From the NCBI RefSeq assembly GCF_035084215.1, contig NC_090349.1, positions 35,960,001-36,024,000 of the forward strand: 64,000 bases of DNA, read 5' to 3'. The notes under the pieces are model-generated. The model searched no databases. It had not been told where the DNA came from and saw nothing but the letters and a program-made list of their open reading frames with translations. Position 1 is the stretch's first letter. Each line of letters starts with the position of its first letter. Shown here in pieces: positions 50,680 through 61,805 of the stretch. The translations under genes and the position numbers were made by a program. Source of the DNA: Heptranchias perlo. Taxonomy: Eukaryota.

Positions 50680-51380
50680 GCACTTTAAGTATCTTTAACT
50701 CAATGAAATGTCCTAAGGCACTTTACTGGCAGAAGGGAAGGTACGAGGAGTGGAGAGAGAGAGAGAAGGGGGAATCTGAGCAATAAGGGAAGTACAAGAC
50801 GTAGATTTTCAGGAGGTGCCAAGAGGTAGCAATGATGTGGAGATGCCGGTGATGGACTGGGGTTGACAATTGTAAACAATTTTACAACACCAAGTTATAG
50901 TCCAGCAATTTTATTTTAAATTCACAAGCTTTCGGAGGCTTCCTCCTTCGTCAGGTAAATGTTCAGGAGCTCCTTGAACATTTACCTGACGAAGGAGGAA
51001 GCCTCCGAAAGCTTGTGAATTTAAAATAAAATTGCTGGACTATAACTTGGTGTTGTAAAATTGTTTACAAGAGGTAGCAAGGCAGTGGATTTAGGAAAAG
51101 AATTCATAATGCAGGGATACGATTGCTGGATACACAGTAGACTAGAGCTAGAAGGGCAGGGCCTGCCTGCTGGGATACAAGGCTAGACAAGACCGCATAG
51201 GTAGGTATAAGTGTGACCAGAGAAAGGGTTGAAAATGGGGTCAAAGTCGACATGGTGGGGAACAAGGTTTGGAGTGCAGAAGACAGTTAGCAAGAAATAA
51301 AGTGGAACAGACAGGATCCTTCTCTGGAGACACAGAATAGGAACAGTAAAGAGGCCTGAATTAAGAAGTTTCAAATACGA
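50680..51380 (-). mobile_element. Old L2 fragment hosting a Penelope-type insert
   Basis: aaatgtcctaaggcacttt tail; gaggtagcaaggcagtggatttaggaaaagaattc. Confidence 0.55.
50833..51070 (-). mobile_element. Penelope-type hammerhead fold-back insert (100 bp arms, 37 bp tail)
   Basis: TSD caagaggtagcaa at 50820-50832 and 51068-51080. Arms 50870-50969 and 50970-51070 differ by one extra T. Hammerhead core CTGACGA at 50986. Confidence 0.93.
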
Positions 51381-52849
51381 CTGAAGCATCCTATGCTAAT
51401 GACTAAATAATGTTAATGACTAAATCATGTTAATTCAGTTTTCATTCAAGCCCAGTAACTCCTCCAAGCTAATCTCTCTTCTTCCATCAACCCCCTCCAT
51501 TATACAGGAAGCAATGATAAAAAGTGCGCATCACTAATGATGAAATTTCACATCAACTGTATTTCACAGTAATTAACAATTACATCTGTAGCTTTTTATC
51601 ACAACCCTTCAACGTGAAAATTGGTAGAGACGCTTTGAACTTTTGAGGATACATCAATGCTATTTAAGCTTTTTTGCAACATTCTTAAAACATTAACAAA
51701 CCCAAAAGATCATACAGACAGCATAAGGATCAATCCTGATTGGAAAATTCATGATCAGACCAGCTGTCACACATGCTGAGCACTTAACAATCCCATGTTA
51801 ATCCTGAGACAGATAGGTCTAGCCTGTTGACACTATGGAAGGTTACAAGTCTAAAAAAAACTGAGGTGACAATGCAGCCCCTGGACCTTTTATACATATA
51901 TTTTTTTTAATGCATTAAGTTTACAGAAACTCAAAACACAATGTCAATGCAACAACAAGGATGAGAATTACACACCCAAACTATTACTTGCAGTTCAAAA
52001 AACATACCACGCCATGTGGTCACAAACTGATCAACCCTTCAACTTTCTGTAAAAGCTTTCTATCTCTTCCCCACTCCAGATTTTTCCATTTTCTTTCAAT
52101 TAAGCCTGTACATTAGTTATAGGTTATTAACCATGTTTTACATTATAAAGCCTAATACAAGCAAATTTCAAGTGACTACTCAATTGGTACATAGGACACT
52201 CCTGACCATTTCCCATGCAATGGGTCAAAGATACAAAACATGCTCACAAAAAGTTGGCATGGACTTAACACTGAAAACTATAACTCATCAAAAAAGAAAA
52301 ATGCATTACTTTTTATTAAAAAGATTCACACTAAAAATGTTTGCTTTTTTAGATAAAATAACCTGTACTTTTCACCACCAAGGTGTAATTTATTAAATCA
52401 AATATCCAAACTGCACATGAACTCAGAATTTAGACAATTCTCGTCTCGATCGTCAACAATGTATTTAACTTAGATTTTAAAAAAATCACAGCACATCCTG
52501 CTCCTAAAAATAATGCACTTCTCTTCCTTAATCTGCTTCTGCCCACCAATATTGAGTCCCGACCAACATCCCCAACAATTGAAACCAATATAGTTGGAAA
52601 CCTTTTAACCATTAAATTGCCAATCCTTGCCAAAAACACGCGGACGACAACAAAAAGGCTTCGGCAAACACATTGAGGGTTAATTGCAGGGACCCCCAGC
52701 TGAGCAGCCCCTGGATGCAGCTCATTCATTCCCATCAGTGTCTCTGCATCGCTCTCGTGGTCCCCACAGTAACTATGCCAACTATGAAGCGCCAATGCCA
52801 GATTTACACAATTATAAATATCCCCGTTTACAATAAGCGCCCTCCCCGG

Positions 52850-53460
52850 AGTATTTTGGCCTCTCTCGCCCGAGTTCTTGGTCCCATTTACCTCAAGTTT
52901 TGACTCTCTTTTCTCTCTCTCTCTCTCTCTCTCCCCTCGCTCGCTGTCGCCGGCTCCGAGCGCTTCGCTCCTCACTCACACTGCCACCGACCTGACCGGA
53001 AGCAACGCCCTGCGGCCAATGCGCCTGCGCGACCTCGCCTCCCCGACTGGCCCCGCCCTCGCCTGATTGACAGCCCGGCCGGCCAATCGTCGCCTTCCCT
53101 CCGGCGGCATCCGAGAGACCTAATATGGAAGCGGCAAGTCGGGTCTGGATGGAGGAATGAGCGAAGAAGGAGCCAAAGACGGGTGGGGCTGTTAACCACT
53201 GCCTTTTGGCGGCGGCTGGTGCCGTACCTCACGTCCCGCGGCCGTTGGTTATTGAAAAGTGCCGCTCTGCCCCGATCCAATATTGGTTCGAGAAATGAGA
53301 AGGTTTTCCACACGATTAACCGACAGCAGGCCACGATTTACGTCGTTTAAATTTTAGAGTTAGGTGAGCGTCCAATGGTGCGTGGGTTTGGGCGGGACCA
53401 ACGCCTGATGGACACGCATTTCAACCAATCACCGTTTGACTGAATGGAAGTGAGTTGGGT
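52850..53460. promoter_or_regulatory. CpG-island promoter
   Basis: The most CpG-dense stretch in the window. ETS CCGGAAG 52996; CCAAT 53016, 53083, 53277, 53372, 53425; NRF1-type TGCGCCTGCGC 53020; GC boxes 53051 and 53390; TGATTGACAG 53064; CArG boxes 53119 and 53277. Confidence 0.88.
52892..52985 (-). other. Probable non-coding first exon of an unidentified minus-strand gene
   Basis: GC/GA-rich leader (agtgtgagtgaggagcg..(GA)n) directly beside the promoter motifs. It ends in donor GAG|GTAAAT (GT at 52891-52890) and has no ATG. The 5' limit is approximate. Confidence 0.6.
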
Positions 53461-54230
53461 TTTGACTTTTCTTAATAAAACCCCTAAGGAGATATTGCCC
53501 CAGTGTCATCGAACAAAAAAAACCTAACAAAAGTGCCCCTTAAGGAACTAAACCATAAAACAAAGAAAATTTATAAAATTAAATAATAACAACAACACCT
53601 AGTGTCCACTATGCCCACCATAGGCTTCAAGCGTACTGTCGAACACTGCGTGCACCTTCTCCAAGGCCACCTGGGGGACGGACGAGGCCACTGAAGAGAG
53701 GCAAGCAGCCAGAGCGACCACCGCCACGGGCCGGGGCGAGTTGGGTTTGCGATTGACGGATGGACTGTTGGTTTATACTATGTACGAGTCACAGTGACCA
53801 ACCGTAGCTGGGTCCAGGTGATTCCATTGACTTTCCACTTCTACCACCTCACCTCTCGAAGTTGCCCACTTTTGCTGAAATATGGTTCCACTGGCGTCCG
53901 CCAGTACTTTGCCCATTCTTCATTAGCAAGTCTCGACAATGAATGCTGGCAGACTAGTTGTAGGGTTGCTAACTCTGGTTGGACGTATTCTTGGAGGTTT
54001 GATCGTGTGATGTTTGCCCACAGTTTGCGAATGTTATTGCACTGAGCAGCCTGTCCGTGACCGGCCTATCCTGCTCATTGAGCAGGTGTGGACAGCTCTA
54101 TTGGACATTGTTCCTGCTCCAGGGTTTTGGGATTGTTGTCGTCGTTCATGAACCTTTCAGAACACGTGCAGACTAATGCAAAGGAAGCTTCAGCCTGACC
54201 CCCTGACAGCACCTTAGCTTGCGCTGTGGA

Positions 54231-54560
54231 TAGGGTTGCCAATTCAGCTTGGACATATTCCAAGAGGTTTCATCACAATCTCCAACCGTCATTGGCCGTC
54301 CGACACGTCCATCCTTTGGGGCGCACCGCCTTCCCACGCCAATTAAAAAAAGAACTGAGACTTCTTTACCCGTTTAGATGAATCTTGACTTGCTCCAACA
54401 GCCATTTTTCCCCATTCCCAATATTTTTATAACTAACTAAAGTGTTCAAAGAAATGAAGATTCACATTTTTTTTAACACTATAATTTTTCTCCTGGGTTG
54501 CTTGCAGTGTGTCCTAGAGATTAATCTTTAATTCCTGGAGACTCCAGGTTGGCAACCCTA
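54231..54560. mobile_element. hAT-type MITE
   Basis: TIR tagggttgccaa / ttggcaacccta with perfect 8 bp TSD gctgtgga (54223-54230, 54561-54568). A related orphan left end lies at 53961. Confidence 0.88.
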
Positions 54561-55074
54561 GCTGTGGAGGAGAAAAATTTCAAACCAACGGAGCAAGAAA
54601 TCTTGCGCGTGTAAAACAGTCCTTTAAACACCAGCACCTTCATCGGAAACTCTATAGCAAATACAGAGTCACAGCTGATGTTATATCCACACATATGTCC
54701 ATACTTCTCTTTAAATCTTAAATCCTTAAATACAATAATAACACAAACCTTAAGCTATAGCTTCTCGTTGACCCAACTTCTAGATGCCCAGACACACAAT
54801 AGTCAACAAATACCAGCAAACGGTCTGGGACCCACTCACTTCCCCTGTCTGACTGTAAATCCACCTCTCATAGGGAGCCAATTAAAATATAAACTTGCTG
54901 CCATTGGCAAGCCATGCTAACAAATCATAATCCACTAAAAGGAGAGCTTGTTTTTTTCTGTCTTGTTGAGTGACGTAAGAGAAGGAGTTGAAGAGCAACT
55001 TAAATTACAACGTTAGCACTCTGATAACAGAAATTATTGTCACTTTTTCAAAAAGGAGAGAATGGCTGGACGCT

Positions 55075-55450
55075 CACTAATTGGCTCAGTTGGCAAAGTG
55101 TACAGAGTAGGAAGACCAAAATTTAATTGTCAATCTGCTCTGAATTAATTGGAGAGGTAGTAGGTTGCCACACTTGGGCTCAGTGCCCCTTGGTTAGGGA
55201 AGGGAAATCAACCATAGTTCCCACCTCTTGAATGCTATCCTTTGATACTTTGATAAAGAGCGCATTTATGTGGACATTAGATGAGTACAGGATTGTCTTG
55301 GTTTTGATGTGCACATGGCCCCTGAATAGTATGTCAACATTCAATGTTCAGGCACATAGGTGAAAAATTACCACTTGGGAGAAATACTGGAGGGTTGTTG
55401 ATGCCCATGGAAACCGTACCCTCGCATGAGTGAGCATCTTCAAGACAGAA
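55075..55450 (+). mobile_element. SINE family S copy
   Basis: A box-like tggctcagttgg; body gggctcagtgccccttggttaggga..gtggacattagatgagtacaggattg..ccacttggg. Confidence 0.65.
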
Positions 55451-55494
55451 ACCGAAAAAAAGCAATTTTTTTCTTTTAAAAGCACTTCAGACTT

Positions 55495-55870
55495 TCAGCT
55501 GGCCTAGTGGGTAAAAGTACCACCCAGTGTAGCACGAAGACATACAGATCAGAAGGTTTGTAAGTTTGATTCATGGTCTGTGATAAGCTGATATCAGCTT
55601 GGACTGCAATTAAAGTGCTAAAATTGGCTTCAGTACCCTGGACTAGGGAGGGGGAGGAACCAACCAGGATTCCAACATTTGAACACTGTCCAATAACTTC
55701 TGCTGGAAAATGCTGTACGTGAACATCAGGTCAGGTCAGCTGTGAAGCCCCTGCTTAATGGCGAGCCTCACACATGAAGAATGTCCACTTGGGTGAAGTA
55801 AATTGAGAGCTGCCGGTGTCTTGGAACCATATTCCAGCAACAGTCAACCTTTCGGGAGAAGAGGGATGAA
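55495..55870 (+). mobile_element. SINE family S copy
   Basis: tggcctagtgggtaa head; attggcttcagtaccctggactagggagg..ctgctggaaa..cacacatgaagaatgtccacttggg. Confidence 0.7.
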
Positions 55871-56204
55871 CTTGACAAAAAAACTCTCAACTGATAAAAA
55901 TGGTGGAAATAATAAAACTAACAGAACTGCTGATGCCTCTCTGCAGTGTGTGATACCTAGTACATGGAGGTTGGGATACTTTGTTGATTTTAACTCAGTG
56001 ACAAATGCTCGAGTTAATTTAACCCTGCAATTTCTCTCGAATGCCAGTTCATAACCTATACATCTCAGTTTATCAAAAAAGTCTTATTTATGTACAGTCA
56101 TTTCCCATTAAGACAGATTGTATCAAACAGCAAGGACAACTGGACAAAAACACACTTTCAGGCCATGTTCTTTGGTTCAAGATCAATCAGCAGCAGGAAC
56201 ACCA

Positions 56205-56705
56205 AAAGCATGCATTCATATAGCGAAATTAATGGAGTAAACATCCCAAAGTGCTTCACAGAGGCAAGAATGGACTTTGAGTATGAATTGACTGAAGGTT
56301 TAGTTAAGGAGGTATGTTTTGAGAAGGCCTTTCAAGGCTGAGGGATTTACAAAGAGATTTCCAGAGTATGGGACCAAGACAGCTAAAAGCTGTGCCGCCA
56401 ATAGTAGAACACAGGGAAATAGAATGCAAAGGAGGGTGTAGTCTACCACGTAGAGTTGGATGAAATTGCAGAGGTAGGGTCAGGTGAGCCCTTGGAGGGA
56501 TTTGTAAATGAGGACAAAGATGTTCAATTCAATGTGTTGGGGGTTGTGGAGCCAGCAAGAACAGGAGTAATAGGCAAGTGGGACCTCAGTGTGGATTAGA
56601 ATGCCAGAGGCATTGATTTGGAGAATTGGTGATTGCATAGAGTGGCACTCAGGAGAGCATTGCAGAAATTGAGCCTGGAGGAGACAGAGGTGTGAATCAA
56701 AGTTA
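56205..56705 (-). mobile_element. L2 3' fragment
   Basis: tgcattcatatagc..aacatcccaaagtgcttcacag tail, collinear with 6524-6866 and 9515-10040. Confidence 0.7.
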
Positions 56706-57489
56706 TCAGTCAGAATTGATAGAAAATAAATACATCCAACAGCTTTTAGTTAGGAGGCAACAGGAATTCAAGCCTGGATGAGAGCAGTCATGGGAATTCA
56801 AGACTGGATGGGAGGTATTTTTGTTTTCCACATGCCAAGTAACAAATCCAAAAACTTTCATATTGAGGAAGAAAATACTTCCTTCATCCTTATTAACCAA
56901 GCACACGCAGAGTGGAAGTATTCCAGAGAGTGACTGTACCCACCCAGCTTTGTTTATCACTCACATAAGCTCTATAAACCCTTCCAAAGTATGAAAGCAA
57001 ACTTCACTGTCAATCTCTGTGAAACTCTATCCAATATGCTTTACTGTTGGCACAAGTAAAATCTACGACATATCTACTACTAATGAAACCCAAGTGTTAA
57101 AACCGAATATTAAATTTTATATGAAAAGAAAATGAACTTCCACACACATTGTTTGACAATATGACAGATTATTTTCTGAAGAATTCCATTGGATCAGATA
57201 TAACATTATTGCAGCTGTGTGGAACTTTGGGCTGCAGCTAATGATGTAATCACATCATGTAATGATTAGCTGATCGATGGTGTTGAAGTTGCAGAAACCT
57301 ACTTCCATAGAATCGGATTCTGGCAGTAAAATATAAAAATATTTTACGATGAGTAAGCACATCTCAGTTGGAAAGTTTCAGGCAGCTTTGTTTCCAGGAA
57401 CAACAAGGGTCCACAAACTGTGCTGTTACAGAGCCATTTTGGCACAATTTTAATCTTGGATTCTATTGAAAAAGATAGATTTAGATTCC

Positions 57490-57850
57490 CCAATGAGTCA
57501 GTCAGCAAATGTACCATGTAGCAGAGCCAGAAAATCCCATATTCGATGCCTCATATGTGTGGAGTTGATGACCTTGGCGGGAGCAGCAGTAGGGAACTAG
57601 AATAGGCTTCAATACCATGGCAGGGGGAAAGAACTCAGCCAGAGTTTTCATCCCCAATTGTTATACAGTGACCCTGTCATTGTAAACGTGTGAATGTCAA
57701 ATAAGGACTGGATCAGGCTGCAATGTCTCCACAGTTGAATTATACTGACGATGTTCACCGATACTGCAAACACAAAAATATCCATTTGGGTCAGATACTA
57801 GAGGCCTGTGGAACCATACCGATTGTGAGTCAATGCCTTTAGAAGAGCGG
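57490..57850 (+). mobile_element. SINE family S copy
   Basis: agaaaatcccatattcgatgcc..ctcagccagagtt..cagtgaccct..aggactggatcaggctg..gtggaaccatacc. Confidence 0.65.
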
Positions 57851-57950
57851 TTGGAAAATAAAAAGTTTATAGCGGCACAGTGTTTGAAAGCCTATTCAAT
57901 TTTTAAACGATGCAACAGTGTCCATCCAACTTCTTATCATAAAGTCATTG

Positions 57951-58681
57951 GGCCAGAAATTGCTTTCAAGTTCAACAGCACATGTTGCAACTGCACATGC
58001 GCAGTCAAATGCAGAAATCCGGAACTTGCTCTTCCTGGTTCGCCAGCAATCTGACAGATTCACCTTAAAGGGATATCGGTGGCTGTAATCAATAGAATCA
58101 ATGGGCCAGCGCCAACTTGCTCTCCTGCCCACCTGGAAACTAACTAATATCGCCATAAAACAGGTACGCTCAGTTTTTTATTTCTAAACTAAGCTTTAAC
58201 AGTGTGGTAAGTCTTAATGACTGCCAAACAACCTCTCTGGCACTAAAATTAACATTTAAAAATGTGGAGACTCATCACTCCTGATTTTAATAGTTTTAGG
58301 ACATTTTTTAAAAATTAAATTATTTTTTACTTTTTCCTTCTGTCTCTCTTATCTTAGTCTTTTAATCTTATTCTCTCTTTATTTCGCTTTCTCTATGTCA
58401 CTTTATCATAACTTACGAGGTACATCCGATTTTTGGTCTGCGCTGTTTGTCTATCAACTGTACTTCCTGGTTCTCACAGAGTGGCTTACTTCAAGCTGAT
58501 CGGCTGAGAAGCCTTGGAGCTCCTTCCACCACTCACACAGCCCGGGAAAGAATGCTAATGGTTTTTGAACTTGCAGTTCAAGGACGTTGCTGCCAAAAAG
58601 AACACGGTAACTTAGTGGGTCAATTTAAATCTAATGAGCGATGACCACTGCTGGTTTGCCGCTCGGAGCAATTTACTGGCC
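57951..58681. mobile_element. Non-autonomous DNA transposon, same family as 36430-37130
   Basis: TIRs ggccagaaattgct / agcaatttactggcc. Shared interior taagtcttaatgactg.caaacaacctctctggcact and tttaaatctaatgagcg. Confidence 0.75.
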
Positions 58682-59399
58682 AATAATATATTCTTCCATT
58701 TACTGACTTGAGTGGTCTTGCCTCTTGATAGTGCCCCTGTAAGCACAGATGCTTTTTATGCACAAGGTAAATACAAAATGTCACAATAACTTGCATTAAT
58801 GTAACATTCATTACATCAGAAAGGCATCTAATCATGTATAAAACTTGCTGCACCACACAGTGGTGGGATGCAGGTACTTACTGACTTAGACTTTCTCTTC
58901 TCTTCCGTCCGCTCACCACCCCCCCACCCCACACACACAGACACATTCACACACACACACAAAGTTCTGACCCTTGGTAAAACCCAAGTTACGGAGCAAG
59001 ATTGGTAGAGGGTTTGGATCAATCACCTGGGCAGCCCCTTGATTAGACAATGTCACAGAGTAGAGTGGAAGGAAAAAAAATACTTGCATTTAGGTTTTGC
59101 ACTGTCACTGCTAATTATATCTGTTTCCCACTAGTGGGCAGAGGTCTGCAGTGACACATGCAAACTCTGCTCTTCACCTGAATAATATCCTGAAGTAGAT
59201 GTTTTTATATACTATAGTATGGAGGGTTATTAGCTGAAACTTCAAGCCTCACTGTTTAAACACAACCCTGCAGTGCTCTTTTTAAATTGAGAAACCAAAG
59301 TAAAGTGCCAAGTCTCTGTCAAGTTTGAAAAGAGTATGAGGGATGACAGGCCAATGAGGAAGGTGTGATTAGGCAGCACCGAACCTAAGAAAGAACAAA

Positions 59400-59775
59400 A
59401 GAATATGCATTTATAAAGTGTCTTTTGCAACCTCAAGACAAACCAAAATGGTTAGCAGCCAATGAAATACTTTTAAAGTGTAGTCACTGTTGTAATGTAG
59501 GGAAATGCAGCGGCCAATTTGAGTACAGCAAGGGTCCCACAAACAGCAGTGAGATAAATGACCAGGTAATCTGTTTTAGTGATGTTGACCAGGACACCAT
59601 CAGAACTCCCCTGTTCCTCTTGAAATAGTGCCATGGGATCTTTTATGCCCACCTGAGAGAGAAGACGGGACTTCAGGTTAACATCTCATCTGAAAGATGG
59701 CACCTCTGACAGTGAGGGTTGAACCCACGACCTTCTGATTTGGAGGTGAGTGTGCTGCCACTGAGCTGAGGCTAA
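59400..59775 (-). mobile_element. Deu-domain SINE
   Basis: tgccatgggatcttttatgcccacctgagag..aacatctcatctgaaagatggcacctc..ttgaacccac; homologous to 5544-5982. Confidence 0.8.
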
Positions 59776-59889
59776 TATCCTTGATTTTAAAAGTGTGTAA
59801 ATTGAAAGGGGAATGAAAGACTGAGGGAGATAAGGAGTTCCACCATTTTTTTACATTTATGTAAGACTATATAAAATAAAACTTTGGTT

Positions 59890-60260
59890 CCCTAGTTAGG
59901 CTTGACTCAGCAGGAAAGACTTATAGACCAGGAAAGTGCCAGGTCCATCCTACGTGTGTACTGAATTTGTGATCTCAACTGGATGGCAGTAGGGATGCTA
60001 CAATTCACTTTCGAACCAATGGGTTATGAAGAGAGGAAAAACAGCCAGGGTTCCTACTTCTGCTCTCTATTCAGTGAATCCTGCTGGAAAGTATGTGTGT
60101 GTGGACGCAAGGTAATACAGGAAAACTGGATTGGGCTTGGATGTGAAGCCTCCTACAGTTAATTAACCTACCAACACTCACTGTCAAGTCTGACACAGGA
60201 ATGATCACTTGAGCAAGATACTGGATGGATGCTGGAGCCCGTGGAACATACAAGCATCAA
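59890..60260 (+). mobile_element. SINE family S copy
   Basis: gaccaggaaagtgccagg..cagccagggttcct..cctgctggaaagtatgtgtgtgtggac..acactcactgtcaag..cccgtggaac. Confidence 0.7.
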
Positions 60261-60367
60261 GAAGTTAACACTTGCAATAATTTTTTATATACCTGTATAA
60301 AATATATTGAAATATCTGTATAGAAATATTTTCTATATCCTATTACATGTACTCAAACCCTTCCAAT

Positions 60368-60685
60368 ATAGAATAGAATGGTTACAGCACAGAAGGAGGC
60401 CATTCGGCCCGTCAAGCCCGTGCCGGCTCTCTGCAAGAGCAATCCAGCTAGTCCCACTCCCCCGCCCTTTCCCCGAAGCCTATCTTAGTGACTGTCTTAT
60501 ATTTATGACCTCTAGTTTTGGACTCCCCACAAGTGGAAACATTTTTTCTATACTACCCTATCAAATCCTTTCATTATCTTTAGGACCTCTATCAGGACAC
60601 CCCTCAGCCTTCTCTTTTCTAGAGAAAAGAGCCCCAGCCTGTTCAGCCTTTCCTGATAAGTATATCCTTTCAGTTTTGGTATCAG
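60368..60685 (-). mobile_element. CR1 3' fragment with internal deletion
   Basis: tagaatagaatggttacagcacagaaggaggccattcggccc 3' end, followed by ORF2 C-terminal remnants. Confidence 0.8.
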
Positions 60686-61721
60686 CAGCCAGTGCACAAT
60701 TTTCCAAGCTGAGCATGCTCAGGTCCATACAAGTTCCATAAATAATTGATCATTAAAACAAATCCATAAAAAACACATTCTGTCAAATATGCATCAAGTT
60801 GATGTCAAATAGAATTTCTTAAGCCAGACAGCTTGATTAAACAATCACCTGTAGCAGAACAGGTAGACAGCTATTCAACAGGAGTTTCAACCAATTGGTG
60901 CATGTAAATGAAAGCTACAGAAATATTTGAACAGAGAGATTATGGCAGCTGGCTTGGGAATGTTTCAGGAAACACCCAGTACGTGTTACAGCCTGGTCTG
61001 AAATCTCTGCTACACTGAAAGTATGCATCATAGCCAGCTTCTCATCTTCCATCATTTTTATTTCCCTTGCCAATTTTTCTCTGCCAATTTTGATTCATTG
61101 CTGGGGTACTGTTCATAGGCAATGGTTGCCCTCTAGTACTTTTCCCAGTAGGAGTTGCTGGAGAACCAATCAGGAATAGAAACGCCAGTTCCCTCCCCCC
61201 TCCCTTCCTTGAGGGCAGCTGCAGTGCCGCTACCTCCACCATCCTTGCCAAGATCAGCTAACTGAGCACTCGTCAGGGATATCTGGTCTGTGTGACTCAT
61301 TTACTCACTGTGCCATCAAAGGGCTCAGCCCCATTTGAATTAATTTTTAAACCAGTTATACTTGACCGGTGATGCAATAACACCATCATCTCACCGACAA
61401 GGTCAGGCAGTTCTGTAGATATGCAGCATGTTAAAATAGCTGTGTAGGATAGTTAAGCTGAAACCAATTGGTGAGATTTTATACTTTGGCGCCAAACTGG
61501 TGCGATATTGGCAGGGCATCCGCGGCGTCAGCCCAATGCAGCAGTCGGGATGCTTGACCCATTTTCAGGTTCGAGCCCATTAACATTTTTCCGATGAGCT
61601 GCAGGCGTCAAACGGGCAGCCATCAGCCGCTTGCTGGTTTCCTGTGACGGAAAATCCTGCACTTTTGCTCCTTCTGGCTCCACAAAAATTTAAAATAGAA
61701 CAAAAAATTTCACTTTTTTGG

Positions 61722-61805
61722 CGAGGCCTTCCTTTAATGAACGTTGGCTCGAGGCCTTCCTTTAATGAACGTTGGCTCGAGGCCTTCCTTTAATGAACGT
61801 TGGCT
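61722..61805. repeat. Perfect tandem repeat, 3 x 28 bp
   Basis: cgaggccttcctttaatgaacgttggct at 61722, 61750 and 61778, with no spacers. Confidence 0.95.

Noticed and set aside
52430-53334. 181 aa and 120 aa minus-strand ORFs over the CpG island
   Set aside because: Non-ATG starts, translation of a GA microsatellite and promoter motifs, and read-through of a good splice donor. These are GC-content artefacts.
61722-61805. 28 bp direct repeats resembling a CRISPR array
   Set aside because: Head-to-tail with no spacers, in eukaryotic context, with no cas genes.
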